Assembly (NCBI GenBank): GCA_001949185.1
Contig: BDGG01000003.1
Location: 562,679 to 626,678 of the forward strand
DNA length: 64,000 nt
Direction of reading: 5' to 3'
Source: Ramazzottius varieornatus
Taxonomy: Eukaryota; Animalia; Tardigrada
In this document: in pieces, positions 50,170 to 63,500 of the stretch
Numbering within the stretch: position 1 is the stretch's first letter
Layout: every line of letters begins with the position of its first letter
Notes under the pieces: model-generated
What the model saw: the letters and a program-made list of their open reading frames with translations, nothing else
Told to the model about the DNA's origin: nothing
The model's database searches: none
Translations under genes and position numbers: made by a program

Positions 50170-53100
50170 ATGGCTTCGGCATCATGGTTGCTGTCGGTGG
50201 GAGACGACACCTTGAAGCTGTGGGACCATCGCGCCATGACCACCGTCTCCACTCAGAAGTCCATACCTCCCTTGACTTCCCTCCACGCTGTATCCTGGTC
50301 TCCCAAAGCTGACTGTATAGCTGCAACAGCCCTTACCAAGGACAAAACCTGTAGCATCTACTTGCTGGACGTTGGCAAGAAAGGCTTTGCTTCTCCCAAC
50401 TTCATCGACATCTTCAGCGACGCAACCAAGCAGCCCAAATCAAACCAATCAATCTGCTCGATAACAAAGGTTTGATTCACCATTCAAAATCTTTTCTCCT
50501 TCGGAGTTCCTTACGGCTTCTTCTGGCTAGGTCTCTCGGACTCTAGCAGTGTTTTCAAGCGCTGGATCTAACATAGCTTGTGCTCGATCTGACGGACAGG
50601 TCGATATATACAGTCGTAAGTCGAGCTCCGTGTTGAAGACCCTACCATCGACGTCGTCCCGCCAAATCACGGCCATGTGCTTCTGCCTCGATGATACGAC
50701 TTTGGTTGCCGGGGATGAGCATGGAAAGGCGGAATTATGGAACTGGACTGCCGCGGATAATTCTCCACGCTTCACCATCAATACGAAACAGAAGGTAAAC
50801 CGAGAAAAGCAACGGTTCAACGCTCGGGCACAACTTGTAAAACCGTAACTTATGCCCCAATGCAAGTGAGTGAGTGTACATCATAGCCCGGTGATTATCT
50901 ACGGAACGTGAAGTCTTTAATTTCCCCGGCTCGAACGCGCGGCCCTGTCAGTAAGATGGATACAGGAGACCGTAAATGTGTAGTAGAGACCCGGTATGTA
51001 GGCTTGCGCAGGATATGGGCTCGTCTCTCTGACATGCCCCCTTGTTTTGTAGCGTGTTACTCAACTGTACCAAGTGCCTTTCAGTCCATCCTTGGTCATT
51101 TCCACCCACTCTTCCGGTTCAGTGGCGATAGTGGACGCCCAGAACGGTGAACTTGCCCACACCTTCGAGTTGGCGCACTTGGATTCCTGTCGTGACTTTG
51201 CCTTCTCGCCGATCAACCCCTTCACAGCAGTGTCGGTCGGCACGGATAATCGACTGGTCATTTACGATATGAAAGACCGGAAGTAAGTTTCGTCCACTTT
51301 TCTCTCCTGTCCGTTGCTTTTCCGATTGTAACCAAGATTTACTTCCCAGGAAGTTGAACGAGATCGTGGCGGACAACTCTCTGACCGCCGTCGCCTTCTT
51401 TCCCAACGGCCGAGAGGTAGCTTGCGGGACGAGCACGGGCAAGATTCTGGTGTTTGACCTGAGTAAAGGCGCGACAGTCCAACGTTCCATCACGGCCCAC
51501 ACTTCGGCTATTCTGGACCTGTCGTTTCCACCGGAAATGATTCGACGTCAAGTAAGGAACACATTTCGTAAGAAAATCATCCAATATATTTTAAGTGAAG
51601 TCGCTGGTCGTTTCACAGGAACGAGCGTCTGTGCCGTCAACTCCACAATCTAACGCATCCATCGCTTCGTCAGAAGCTTCTCACCATAAGAAGCTGTCGC
51701 TCAACGTGGAAGGAAAAGGACTTTCCAGCGGTTCAAGTATGCCATCAGGAGAAACGTGGGACGTCGATAAAGGACTGAGGTCTGATCTGTTTTCCAAGTA
51801 GCGCACACTTTCAGCCTGTAAAAATGGAAAGATGCGCCACTTGGAACAAAGCATATCAACAAAGCGGTTATATACGAGGAGAACATACCGAAGTTGTCAG
51901 GCATGGAGGACTTTTCAGGTCGAACTTTTTGCCTTCCGCTCATTCCAATCTTCTGATTTTAACTTGGTTCGATACACACAGACCTTAATTCTACACCAGT
52001 TCAAAATCACAAGATTCGGATGAACGGAAGGCAAACAGTTCGATCTGACAGGTCCGCCGTGCCTGACAACTCCGCTTTGACAACTCGAATAGGTTCTCCA
52101 TGTATCGACGTCCCAAATTCTTCCTTCTTGATTTTACGAAAGGGACAAGTCGGCTATCGAAATCGGTTATCGATCTGTTTTCTCGACAGCTTCGGAGCCA
52201 CCTTCGGCAGCCGGACCATCGGCTGCAAGTGGTAACACTTCCGGTGAAACCAAGTCGCGAGTGGCTCGCACAGTATCGCTACCAAAATCCAAAGATACAT
52301 TTAAAGTGCCACTTCCACACGCGCAATCGTCGGTGAAAGCCGCTCATCCTCCTCCGGCTTCATCGTTGACCACCGTCAAGAGTCGCAGTGGCGCAGTATC
52401 GGAGGGTGGCCAAGGCGATGCGGGCTCGAAGATGCCGCCGTCCAGCTTCGTGCCGACGCTCCAGTTGAATGGCTGTACGTACCAACCATTATGACCATTT
52501 AGACTCTAATCAATCTAACGGTGGAAAACCGTTCTGGTGGTTTTAGTGTACTTTGAAATGGATGCTTACCTTTTGTAGCCGGTCTTTAAATACTATCTCA
52601 GAGCAGATGATGCAATAGGAGGTCGGTGATCAAACTCGACAAAATTGTTTTCCCGAGTGGCGCGCATGCACTGTGTTATTGGCTGTTAGCGTGCGCCACT
52701 TAGGAAAACGATCTTGTCGGTTTTGTTCGCCGACTCTCAAATGTCGCATATTTTGAAGGGCTGACAATTATAGAATTTTTTTATAGCTTTGGACGGAGTG
52801 AGTTTGGATTCTTCCGTGGAAGTGGAGAAGTCAAAGGAGCCAGTCAGCCAAGCTGATGGAATACCAGTCTTCTGGACAGAAGAACGCGTGAAAGCCTTGC
52901 GGGATGACATCGTCATGGAGAGCCAGATTGCTTGTCTTGACGTCCACGATGTCATTCATGAGTACTGCAGTGCCACCACGGACCGCGTCCTAGACGTTGA
53001 GGTACTCTTGACGTGTTACCTTCTTTCTTATCTCATTCTGCTCTTGCTAAAGAGATTAATATGTCTCACAGGATAAAATCGATTTGCTGCGCAACGAGGT

Positions 53101-53173
53101 CCGAGAAAACCGGCAGATACTTCAGCTGATCCTACAAAAGTTGAGTGCGTTGGAAAGAAACGTTCTGTACTGA
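50170..53173 (+). CDS. NEDD1: NEDD1 / GCP-WD (WD40 gamma-TuRC targeting factor), multi-exon
   Basis: SVGDDTLKLWD, FSPINPFTAVSVGTDNRLVIYD, LTAVAFFPNGREVACGTSTGKILVFDL, ITAHTSAI; Ser-rich linker; C-terminal coiled coil LLRNEVREN. Confidence 0.85.
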
Positions 53174-53468
53174 GTACTCTGCCGTCAAGAAGCTCTGGGA
53201 CGATGTGTCTGGAAAGGTTGCTTACTTCTCGTTTTAACTGTGATGTTATGAATTTTCAGTTGGTGCGAAATATGTGCCAAGGGAACTGCTCAGATAGTAT
53301 TGTGCGACCAGGTAGGAATTTCCGTATACTTTACTCGGTTTGTTGAACCGTTTCTGCGCTTGTGTGAAAGGTCCATCGAGTCTACGCGAAATCTGGATGA
53401 TTAGAGAATGTAGTACAAGAACGAATTTATTGGCGTGTGTTCAATGGATAGCTTATCGGAGCGATATA

Positions 53469-54751
53469 CTAGTTTTCGGAATCCGCGAAGATTCCTCCCT
53501 GGTTTCCTCGTTGGATACCTCCGATATTGTAGTAAGGTTCTTCCGGTTGATACTTTACTGGTCCAAGCTGGGCGAACTGGCGACCCGCTGGGTAACTTTC
53601 GTACTCGCCACCGCTCATGAACCAGTCGAATGGTTGAGACTTCTTGGCCTTTGTGTGCCAGGAGAAGCCGGGATTCATGATTGCCCAGTATTTCTCTAAA
53701 TCAAACAGGGTCAGCAGTGAGCCTGGCATTCGAAAGGGAGGATAGCAGCTCGGCAGACAAACTCGACAGGGTGGATTTCCCAAGTGGCGCATGGTTTCGG
53801 TGCTATTGGCCGCAGGCCTGCGCCACTTGGATAGATGAGCCTCCTGTCCAGTTGTTGGCCGCTCTCCCGCATGATCTTGAATTAACTTACTCATGGCTTG
53901 CTGGTGGTTTAAGGGGGATCGTGCGCCACTGTCATAAGTAGTGAGGGATGGCTCGCCGAAAATGGCGTCGACTTGGTTGCTCAGGGAATTCATGTCGTCG
54001 TCGTTATCGAATTTGCCAGTGAATGTGTTCGTGAGGTAATTGGAGTTTCCTGCAGTATCGATCATTGGGCGGTTGCTTTGCTTCGCGGCTTTATCCGACA
54101 AAACACCTGCAATGGAAACTCAACCATCGGATTTCCGTTACATGTCGGTGAGCACTGGAAACCCAGAAGTCCGCAACTTCCGGGATATCGAAAACTGGTA
54201 GACAGGCTAAGTTTAGATGTGTGCTAAGGTGCCCCGCACCCGCACCTAAAACTTCGGTTTCGACCAAACCCTCACAGATACAGTAATGTACGTTCAACTT
54301 TGCCCAACAGATGTTGGAATATTCCTGTGAGAAAATTCATCTAAGACCGAGCTGGATATCTCAGAAGATCCCACGGCAAGGAAGTCGAATAAAAAAAAGT
54401 TAGGAAAACAACGTAATTTTCTCTCTGGTCTACAACGCGAGCGACTCGATTCGTTGTTGCGAATATCAAACGACAGCAAGAAGCGGCCTGTTTCTGCACT
54501 CAAATGACCATATAGGGAGAAAAAAAATGATTTCTGAAAACATATGTAGCCGTCTGGGCCGTTTCGAAATTAAGTATCCACTACAGTCCGCCCTAGACTA
54601 CTTACAATGGAGATGTGAGGGGGGAAACGGATCATAAAAATTACTAAGGACTGATATTTCACTTACTGGAAAGCCATGGGTACTTGAGGTTCAGTCCGCT
54701 GGCACCGACGAATCCCGCCGTGATCAGGTGAAGAACAAGAATTCGCCACAT
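53469..54751 (-). CDS. Uncharacterised, probably secreted protein (multi-exon; internal exon structure uncertain)
   Basis: First exon MWRILVLHLITAGFVGASG (signal-like) ending at a GTAAGT donor; phase-consistent intron 53890-53696; Gly/aromatic-rich last exon. Confidence 0.5.
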
Positions 54752-56119
54752 GATTACAGACGAAGAAATGCTCAAGGACTACAATGCCGTGAAGACACTG
54801 GGGATGAAGCGCGACTAAGTTTGCCGGTGAAACTGATACTCGGCTATAGTCATGACAAGACCCAATAACGCGCCGACACCACTTTGTTCCAGATGGATGG
54901 ACACGCTGAACAAAAAAGCGCCCGCGTACCTGGATGGTGAGATGGGTTTAATGAGAGAGGGAAATCACTCACACCGCGGCCGAACCATCACTGCGAACCT
55001 TACCAACCATCAATGTCGGCTAAGTCCTTGAAATTACTACGAAGTAATGACGCTAGCGCGGATAATCGCTGTGCGCCTGAGCTGGGAATATTCATACGCG
55101 GTTGGGCGAGTAAGCGGCAGTTCGTTGAATATTCAATCATAAGTCAATAGAGGCCCCGATGAGGAAGACATTTTGCGATGGATTACAGGACTTTGCTTTG
55201 AGCCGTTACGTGGGCTAGGGTTACCTCCCCTTGATTTGTTCTACGTGAAGAGGGCTAATCGGGGCAGGGATGAACCATACTTGATATCCTTGCGCGAACC
55301 AGGAACAAACATCGTTGTCAGTCCTTCTGCGAAGGGATACGCCTGCTATTTGGGAAAGAGGAATAAGCCGCTGCTGACTAGGATGGATAAATATTCGATC
55401 TCAGCGTGCCTTTGTCAAAAGTCGCGTCCGCGAAACGGGCCTTCTTTAGTTTTGGATTTCTGAATCGTCGAGCACGAAAGTGTGTTTCCGATACGCTGCG
55501 GGACTGAAAAGATACCGCGCCACAATAGTTCGTGAACATCGCTTTTGCGTTCTCGTGTCCCGACAAATGAATCCTATGAAGAAATTTATTTGTCGGGAAA
55601 TGAATTTATCCATGGCCAGCGGCAAGAGTTAAAGGAAGCGCCACAGGCACAGGATCGCCGGTGAACGCTTCAGAAGAAATCCCGCTTACAGCGCTATCTA
55701 TCGAGCCAAACCAGTGCATGCAATTCGGTCGCCATGGTCACGTGTATCACAGTGTTTATGCACACTGGAGTAAACCACGTGGTATGCGCATATGCTCCGA
55801 CGTGACAGGCACGTGGATGACGTATAACGTGAAGACCTTATTTTGATCCAGAAGATGCACGCGATAGCATGTTTACAGACCTTTGCTCAACTTAGCAGCC
55901 ACGTTTTTCCTTCTGGATGAGTCTTTCTGGGCTCAAGATCTGCGTAAAGAAGAACCTAGGTGTCTCGAGAATCGACAAAGGTAAATACACAGGATTTGCT
56001 CATTTTCTGAATTATTGAGTTGAGTTATTTTGGGTTTGAACGTTATCGATTATTTCACCTGGGTGCGCAACAGGTTCATCTCGTGCCTCCGTGGATCCCG
56101 CTCCTTCTTTTGAGTCGAC

Positions 56120-57249
56120 ATGGCCAGCCGTAACAACTTTGGACCTGCAGGAGGCGCGGGCAATCAGGCCAACAGGAAAGAATTGTTGGGTGGTCCGACG
56201 GCGGGAAGCGTAAGTCGAGCTGGAGTGAGTAATGGTGGCTACGCTTCCCCCAGCTCTCCTACTCGTGTAAGTGGACCTGGAGCCGTTGGAGGAATGTCCG
56301 AGATGGACCAGATCAACATGAAGATCAACAAAACTACAGATGAATCTCTGGAGTCGACGAGGAGGATGTTGGGCTTGGTGGAAGAATCACAGGAAGTCGG
56401 AGTTAGAACGATGGAGAATCTTTACAAGCAGGGTAAGTTGTTCGAAACTGTCACTCGTTACGAGATGCACATGCGTACACGGAAGTCACGTAATAGCTTG
56501 GTTGTTTGGATGCGTGTGTTTGTCGTTGGGGGGTGCGAGTTGCCTGCTGACGACATGCAGATACGCACTTCCGGTAGCGCTTGGCTGTGTGTGCCTTGCA
56601 TGCTGGTGGATTTTGGAGGATGCGCACTTTGGCTGCCTCGTTGCGACATGCACCTACCACTATGGTGTCTGTTAGTTGTCGTATGGTTAGTTTGCAGGTT
56701 TGAGTTTCCGTTTGCTGGTCTCGAACAGTACTCAGACTTCCGGTGAGGCTTTTTTCCATTGCAGGTGAGCAGTTGGATAAGGTTGAAGAGAATCTGGACA
56801 AAATGAACCAAGACATGAAAGAAGCCGAGAAGAATATGGAGCAAATGGAGAAGTGCTGTGGTCTCTGTGTCTGTCCGTGGAACAAATCACGAAACTTTGA
56901 GAAGTCTTCCGGTTTCCAGAAAACCTACGGGAAGAAAGCCCCGAAAGACGGCATGGGTAAGCCAGGCGACACCATCATGATGGAACAACCCAATGTAGAC
57001 GATTTCAACCGAGATGGCGGACGTATCGTTCAGCGCATCACCAACGACGCGCGTGAAGACGAAATGGAAGAAAACCTCGGCGCAGTGGGGAACATGCTGG
57101 GCGGTCTGAAGATGATGGCCACCGATATGGGCAAAGAAATTAACAAGCAAAATAAACAGCTGGATAGCCTTAATCAAAAAGCCGAAGTCACTGATGTACG
57201 GGTTGTACAGGCAAATAAACGCGCCAACGATATTCTCAGAAAAGCTTGA
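56120..57249 (+). CDS. SNAP25: Synaptosomal-associated protein 25 (exons 56120-56431, 56765-57249)
   Basis: TDESLESTRRML, QG|EQLDKVEE, MEKCCGLCVCPWNK palmitoylation cluster, RITNDAREDEMEENL, two SNARE motifs. Confidence 0.96.
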
Positions 57250-57643
57250 TTGTATTCCCAGGATTTATCTCCACAGTTTTCCTTTCTGTTCTTTCCTGTT
57301 CCGGTAACAGTTCGTAGCTTCATGATTTCATAGTCTTGAGTTTCCTGTATGTGCATATTGTTTTCTGCAGAATATTCACCCTACCGAAATGGATTTTTCC
57401 GTCCTTTTTTTATATTCGATTTTTTCGCTTGTAAGTTTATCTCAGAATTTACCGTAAGATAGTGACAAGAGTTGGGATGAACTGTGACGATAACGCGTCG
57501 AGTTAAAAAATAATAAAGAGGAGATTGTGTGGCTAGAGGGAGAAAGAACAACAGAGTAACAATGGCAGGTGTACTGCAGGAGTCGGGACCAGGTCTGGTG
57601 CTGTGCTGTACATGGCTGTTGAAGAGCCCTCATCTTTTTTCCG

Positions 57644-60592
57644 CTAATGAATCCGATCTTTGCATTCGCATGTTGCCCGACATGAGGACTGAAGATTGTA
57701 GGAAGCGTCTGAACAAATCTTGAACTCGGATTCTAACGAGACGCAGTTGGCGTACTTGTCAGTATACGGACAAGGATTTGCTGCAAAGAAGAGCCCGGCG
57801 ATTAGAAAATCCGCTGTTACAGCAAATCAATTTTGTGCCAAAACCAAACCAAAACAGGAAAGAAAGCATGCATCTTGATAAAAAAAGACTACCGATTACA
57901 AAATCTGATAAGCAATTTGTTAACAAAACTGAAAAATGGTTGAATAAATTTCAATACGTTAGTGACCGGGAAAATTACGATTAGTAAGGAAACCACCGAT
58001 CGAGGTACGCGCTGGATAAATTTGATCGAATTTATGTGTTGGGGAAAAACCAGAGACGGTGATCGTCTGACTTCGCCTTGCGGGTGAACACGTTCGCCAT
58101 TTCAAATTTTTGTGGTAATTTCAGTTCTGCTGTACTCGTATTTCATATTACTTTGGCGTTCATGGATGATTGCTGAAGGTTACTTTTGGAAGGTTGATCT
58201 CGGCAGGTAACAAGATACAGCAAAATGTGAATTGCCGAGAAGTGAAAGCCATTTCTTCTCAAGCTTCTCCCCGTGTTTCACATCTGTAATTTGAGCTTCT
58301 TAGGTGTGGAAAAAGTGGATACCGATCTCTAGTTTTTAAAGACTGTAATTTCTTTGTCAGGTGTCAGTTTTTTTGCCATATTTCACCGCAAAGCAGGTGC
58401 GGCTACGAAAGAAGAATAGCACAATCACGGCCACCTGCAGAGCTGCTGTCGTCGCGCAAACAACAACGGCAAGCTTGACATCGGCGACCTTCCGGCATTT
58501 CTTGCCTGATTGCCTATTTCAAGGTCAAATTTCATGAGTTCAACAAGAAAAGAAATTTCCAGAGCATTACCGAAAACCCGCTCCCCAAAATGTCTTAACG
58601 CCATCATCTTTCAACGAAAATCGGGTCTTTCGTTCCCGATCAACATCGCTTTTTTTGATTCAGTGATTTCTGCTATTGAGTGTTTGCCTGGTTGTCTTGC
58701 TTGCAAGGCTTTTCTGACATGACTTACTGCAAAGTTTTCCGTTTTCGCAGCTGCCCGGACACGCTTCGCAGGACTGTTGAGCATTCTGGTACGGCCTGTA
58801 CTTTTTGGTTTCCAAGTTTCCGCTGCGGCAAAAAGAACAGTAGATTATTGCTAAGGTGCTATTGTGATTGTTGGCCATATTAATCTCGTAAGGTCCTTTG
58901 ACAAGAAGCTAATATTGAACAGATTAGAAAAACAGATCGCGCGTGGGTGTGTTCTGAATTTGGCACTTACGTTGGGCAGTAATCACAGACGTAAAAGTGA
59001 AACTTTCCACAATCCTTGTATGCACATCCGATCTGGTAAGACTGTGCCCAAACCAACTGAAAAACAAAATTCTAGGTTAGGCGTTTCTCTACTGTAGTAT
59101 AGTCTACTGTGTTTTTAAACAAGATGTTATGATACAATGCCTGTTTTTCCCACCACGTCTCGTTAATCAGCCCAGTAGGGGTTATTCCACCGTCCAAATA
59201 CCATACCTGGGTATAATGGCCCACCATGCCTCGCGGGCGTCCGTTGAAGTTGAAGTCCTTCCGCTCGTCGAACCACAGCTGCATCGTCAGGTTCCACGAC
59301 AGCGGCTTGGGCCAGCCACGTGCCAAGTTCTGGCCGCATTTAAATTCTGCAAAAGAAAGCACAAGCACCGTTAGCCCGACGAACAAAAAAGCGCACTCAG
59401 CCGCCAAACTATCTCCCCACACGGAAACACGGAGACATTAACAGAACGAAGCCGGCTCAACAGGAAGTTAATCGCTCCACCGTCCTTCTCATTACCATAT
59501 AATATTTGTCTTCCGCCTAACCCACGCAAAATCGACAGACCGGTACAAAGAGAAGCTTTTTCCGTCAAATCAACCGATCAAAAGGGCGACTCAAGTGTAC
59601 GTACGTTGAGTGACTCGTTGTTCACCGTGGTCGTGCTCGAAATGACACTGATCCGCCCATCGTTGAGCAATCTTTTGCGCATCCTCGTTCCACTCCATCT
59701 TCAGCATGTTCGCAGCCGGTGGACTGACCATCGATCTGAGGTGGTTATGTTTCTGCACGATCATGTCCTTCAGGTACTGGCTATGTCGGGGATCGAGGTC
59801 TTTCGGTTCTTGCTCCATCCATAATGGCTTGACTTCCAGCACCGGTGGCAACACCTCCGCTTCCTTCTTCCTTTCTTCCAGACCGGCGATGATATTCTGT
59901 ACCATCTTGTCCACATCGGTACTGTCGCGGCTCTCTTCGATGTCGACTGGGTTCTCAGTCGTTGTGGTGGTTGCTGTTTGGCGCCGACGAATGGGCTGAG
60001 GCTCGTCGATGTCGTTGGTCTCGAGGTCTTGACTGACCAAGCGCGAGCCGAGTTCCTCGTCGTTGGCCACAAACTGCCGAGCGAACTTGCGCCGGTTGGT
60101 CTTCTGCCGTCGCTTTTTGGCCTTCTGGATGCTCTTCACCACGGGAGAATCGGAGTCGGCGGGAATTGGGCCGTTCTTCTTCAAGTATTGATCTCGGCGC
60201 TTTTGCCAAGCGGCTCTCCAGTCATTCGACGCCCTTTTCACTCGCGAAGAATGCAGGTTGAACTCTGGCTTATCGGGGTTGATCAAGGCTTTTCCTTTCT
60301 GGATGGTTTCTGTGATGTTCTCGGAAGTCAGGGTGATGTTTCGGGGTACAGGAATCAACGATGACTTCTGAAGCGGAAGGTCGTTAATTGACAGCGAGTT
60401 GAACTGGTCATCATCGTCGACGATGTACTGGTGTGTTCCATCTGCTGACGTGAACAATTCAGCAAACTGTTGGGGAGATGTTGAAAAGTGGGCGGAGCCC
60501 CCAGGCAACACCCAGGGGTCGGACAGGGCGAGAAGAGGTAAAAGAAGCAGAAGAATAGAGGAAGAAAGTGTGAGGCCACGGAGACCGCTCAT
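57644..60592 (-). CDS. CRISP-type CAP-superfamily protein with long N-terminal pro-region and C-terminal ICR/ShKT-like domain (5 coding exons)
   Basis: Signal peptide; HNHLRS...[10 protein letters not shown]; CGQNL; GHYTQLVWA; IGCA; YVCDYCP.GN; hinge [14 protein letters not shown]; last exon 57780-57644 [12 protein letters not shown]...C...[12 protein letters not shown]. Confidence 0.93.
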
Positions 60593-63500
60593 CTTTGATT
60601 GGGTTCGTGAGATGTACAGGTGTGATGATAAACTGAGCCAGGTTTGTCTGGCAGGCAAATGTGTTCTGAATTATTCGGATAGATGGAAAGATAAGTGCAG
60701 GATTAGATGTGCAAGGCTTTTGTTCGGTGAGGTACGAGATGAATAGAGATGAACTTGACTCTAGAATAATAAAAGCGAAACAAATTAGGAAAAGAAAAAT
60801 GAGAAGATGGTGCGGGTGAGGAAAACGGTGTTTAGGTGAATGCCGGTATGTACCCCGAGTTCTTCTCATCAATCACATGTCAGTACATCTAGCTGGGTCT
60901 ACGTCAACAAATTAGACGTTGCCGGTGTATCTGGGTAGCAATAAACCACCCACTGTGACAACCGGCTCGAGTAATTGCGAGCGAACCCGACTGACACATG
61001 AAAGGAACAAAGGACCCAAATTACTGTCTGGCTGGTAGGGGAATCAAATCATCCACCTGGTGTTTGTCAACTATGACTCAGTTGGTTAACAAAGCTGTGG
61101 ATAGTTTCTTCGTGCTCGAAAGTTGCTTAATTAGCTAGGAGCCTACGCGGTTCGAGCCGAATTCGAACAAACGAAATTCCAATTCCTGGTGCAAAGGAAC
61201 TAAACAAGGAACTTATCATCCGAAGCTTTCAAAACCTAAGATACCGAAGTTTCTTAATTATTGATGAAACGTGTAACCCGTGGACTTTTGCGAAGTCCAG
61301 TTGACATGTTTTTGGGGGAAAACAAATGTTCAAAAATAATTAGAGCGAAAACTTACATGCTGTCTTCTGGTGGGATGGGCAGATTACTCGGTGTTCTCGG
61401 TTGGTGGATTTCTGCAAAGGAGAAGAAGAGGTGTTGAGAGGAACCTTGTCGTTGATGGACAGACAATACTGATGAATTATTCAAAAGGCAGTGTCCGTTT
61501 GGTGGTTAGATCTAATTGGAGGTCGTTGAGGAGGACCTTGATCAGAGTCGGAACGGGCTAGACAGTGTGGCGTCGGTGACGCGCTCGGGGTTTTTGCAGA
61601 ACACACAAAGAGTAACACGGCAAACGTGTACCCGCGTTCTCCACTGTACTGTAAGCGAATATTCACTTACAGACAGGCGCAAAAGTCAGTTCTAGCTTCT
61701 GATCGAAGAAAACGAAAAGAGTGCGGTGCGACGTTGCCGTCAAGTGCCTATTATATTCTCGTCGGGTGAAACAAACAAGGAGGTTTCGCATCGCCTTCAG
61801 CATAGGAGTTGAACTGCGAACTGCAGCCGTGCGTACCTGATCAATGTCAACCAGCTGTACGGAAAACACTTTGCGAAGAAGAACCGAGGTAGCTAGACTG
61901 TGCGAAGATAACAGTTACCGAAATGATTAATATACCTGTGGATTCTGGTGCAGACATGCCCTCTAGGCTTTACTATGTCGTCCTTCCGTCAACATGATCA
62001 GCCATCGCGCTAACGCATCTTCATTGCGGAAACCTTGATAGAGAACCAGCATTGTCAACCTATCATAAAATCAACCTAGTCGAAACAGTTGTAAAACATC
62101 ATAAACATCAAGTGGTCAAGTTCACAACTCACCTAGGCAGGCTTTGTGCTACTGTTTATGATATTTTGATATGGTTTTCCAGATCACGTTTCAACAGATC
62201 GTATAATCACCTTAGTCAGACGGTCGTAAAGAAATTCGCAGACAGAAGTTTAGGTTGGGTTCTAACTGACGCAAGTTCAGTAAATGCTGGAAAAAACTTG
62301 TTATTTGTCATTTAGGAATATTTGCACGTTTCGCTTGTAACAGTCTCACAGATTTGAAAAAGGTGAAACGTGACCCGAAATACACAAAGAGTTCGTACTG
62401 TAGGTGTACTATGCATATGGTTTCATGACGGAATGCAGCTTTTTAAATTGTTGCAGTTCTTCTGGATGTGCCACGGCTTTGCTTTTCTTACAGAAAAGAA
62501 CAATGGAATGTGATCAACAAAAGTAGAATGCAAACTTTTTATTTTTTCTTTCGTCGGGTATAGTGTTTACGAAAACGAAGATTTATAACTGGCTGGCAGC
62601 GAGGATTAACCTCGAAGAAACGTCACTCCCTTTATTTTCCATTCTTTCACGCACGGGTTGCCTGCTGCGTGGTCCATCCGTCACTCATCCAAGCGAAAAA
62701 GCCACAACCTAGCAACCCCGGACAAAAAATCACCAGTGGGAGCACGTAACTTGCAAACGGTGCTGCGAGGCAAAAGCCTGCATTATACGTACAGATACAG
62801 TGGTTTACCTGCGTTCCTCTTGACGGACGACACAAGGAAAATCTGCTAGACTGCGTTGCGCCAACTGATAATTAATTATCGGCATGATTAATAATCGGTT
62901 ACCATTTCGTCTCCAGCTGTGGCAGCAGCTGTACATGGTTCAAAACTGGTCTGCCGACTTGAGTTTTGCCGGCTTCTCATTTGTCAATCGTAATAAGCCC
63001 ATCTTAGCTAGCTGACATCACCGTGCGACCTTTTTGAAAAAGAACAGATGTGCTCAACTCACGTGCCGGAAAAATCTGGCATGGGTTCTTTTGTTACAAA
63101 GAAACTTAAGCTACTTATGATCTGGACATGAAATGATATTATTCTATTATTCATTTGGCTCGACTAATGAGAAAACCGCAAGTGGTGCTCCTTCAAAAAT
63201 CATGCACGTGCTTGTTCGAGTGCCAACAAAAGCTCCGAAATCTCTTCCTAACAAAGCGCTGCACTTTAACCTTGAGCTCGTCACGCTACATTTGTGAAAT
63301 TTGCCAAAAAATTTTTGACCAGGTTAATTAGCCAGCGGTGCACTCTCGCACTTGGAGCCGAAAAACACAAAGTCTGATTGTCGTTGCCCTGTGACGCAAG
63401 TATTGTGAAGCACGTGCAAACTTTTGATTAGTTTGTCAGTTCGTAAATGCCACAGGAGCGCTGTAGTCTTGTGGATACAACTGCTAATTAAAATTCTGCC

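Noticed and set aside
56432-56764. 208-aa read-through of SNAP-25 exon 1, or a duplicated alternative exon
   Set aside because: Canonical GTAAGT...TTGCAG intron; no second copy of the Cys-cluster exon is visible
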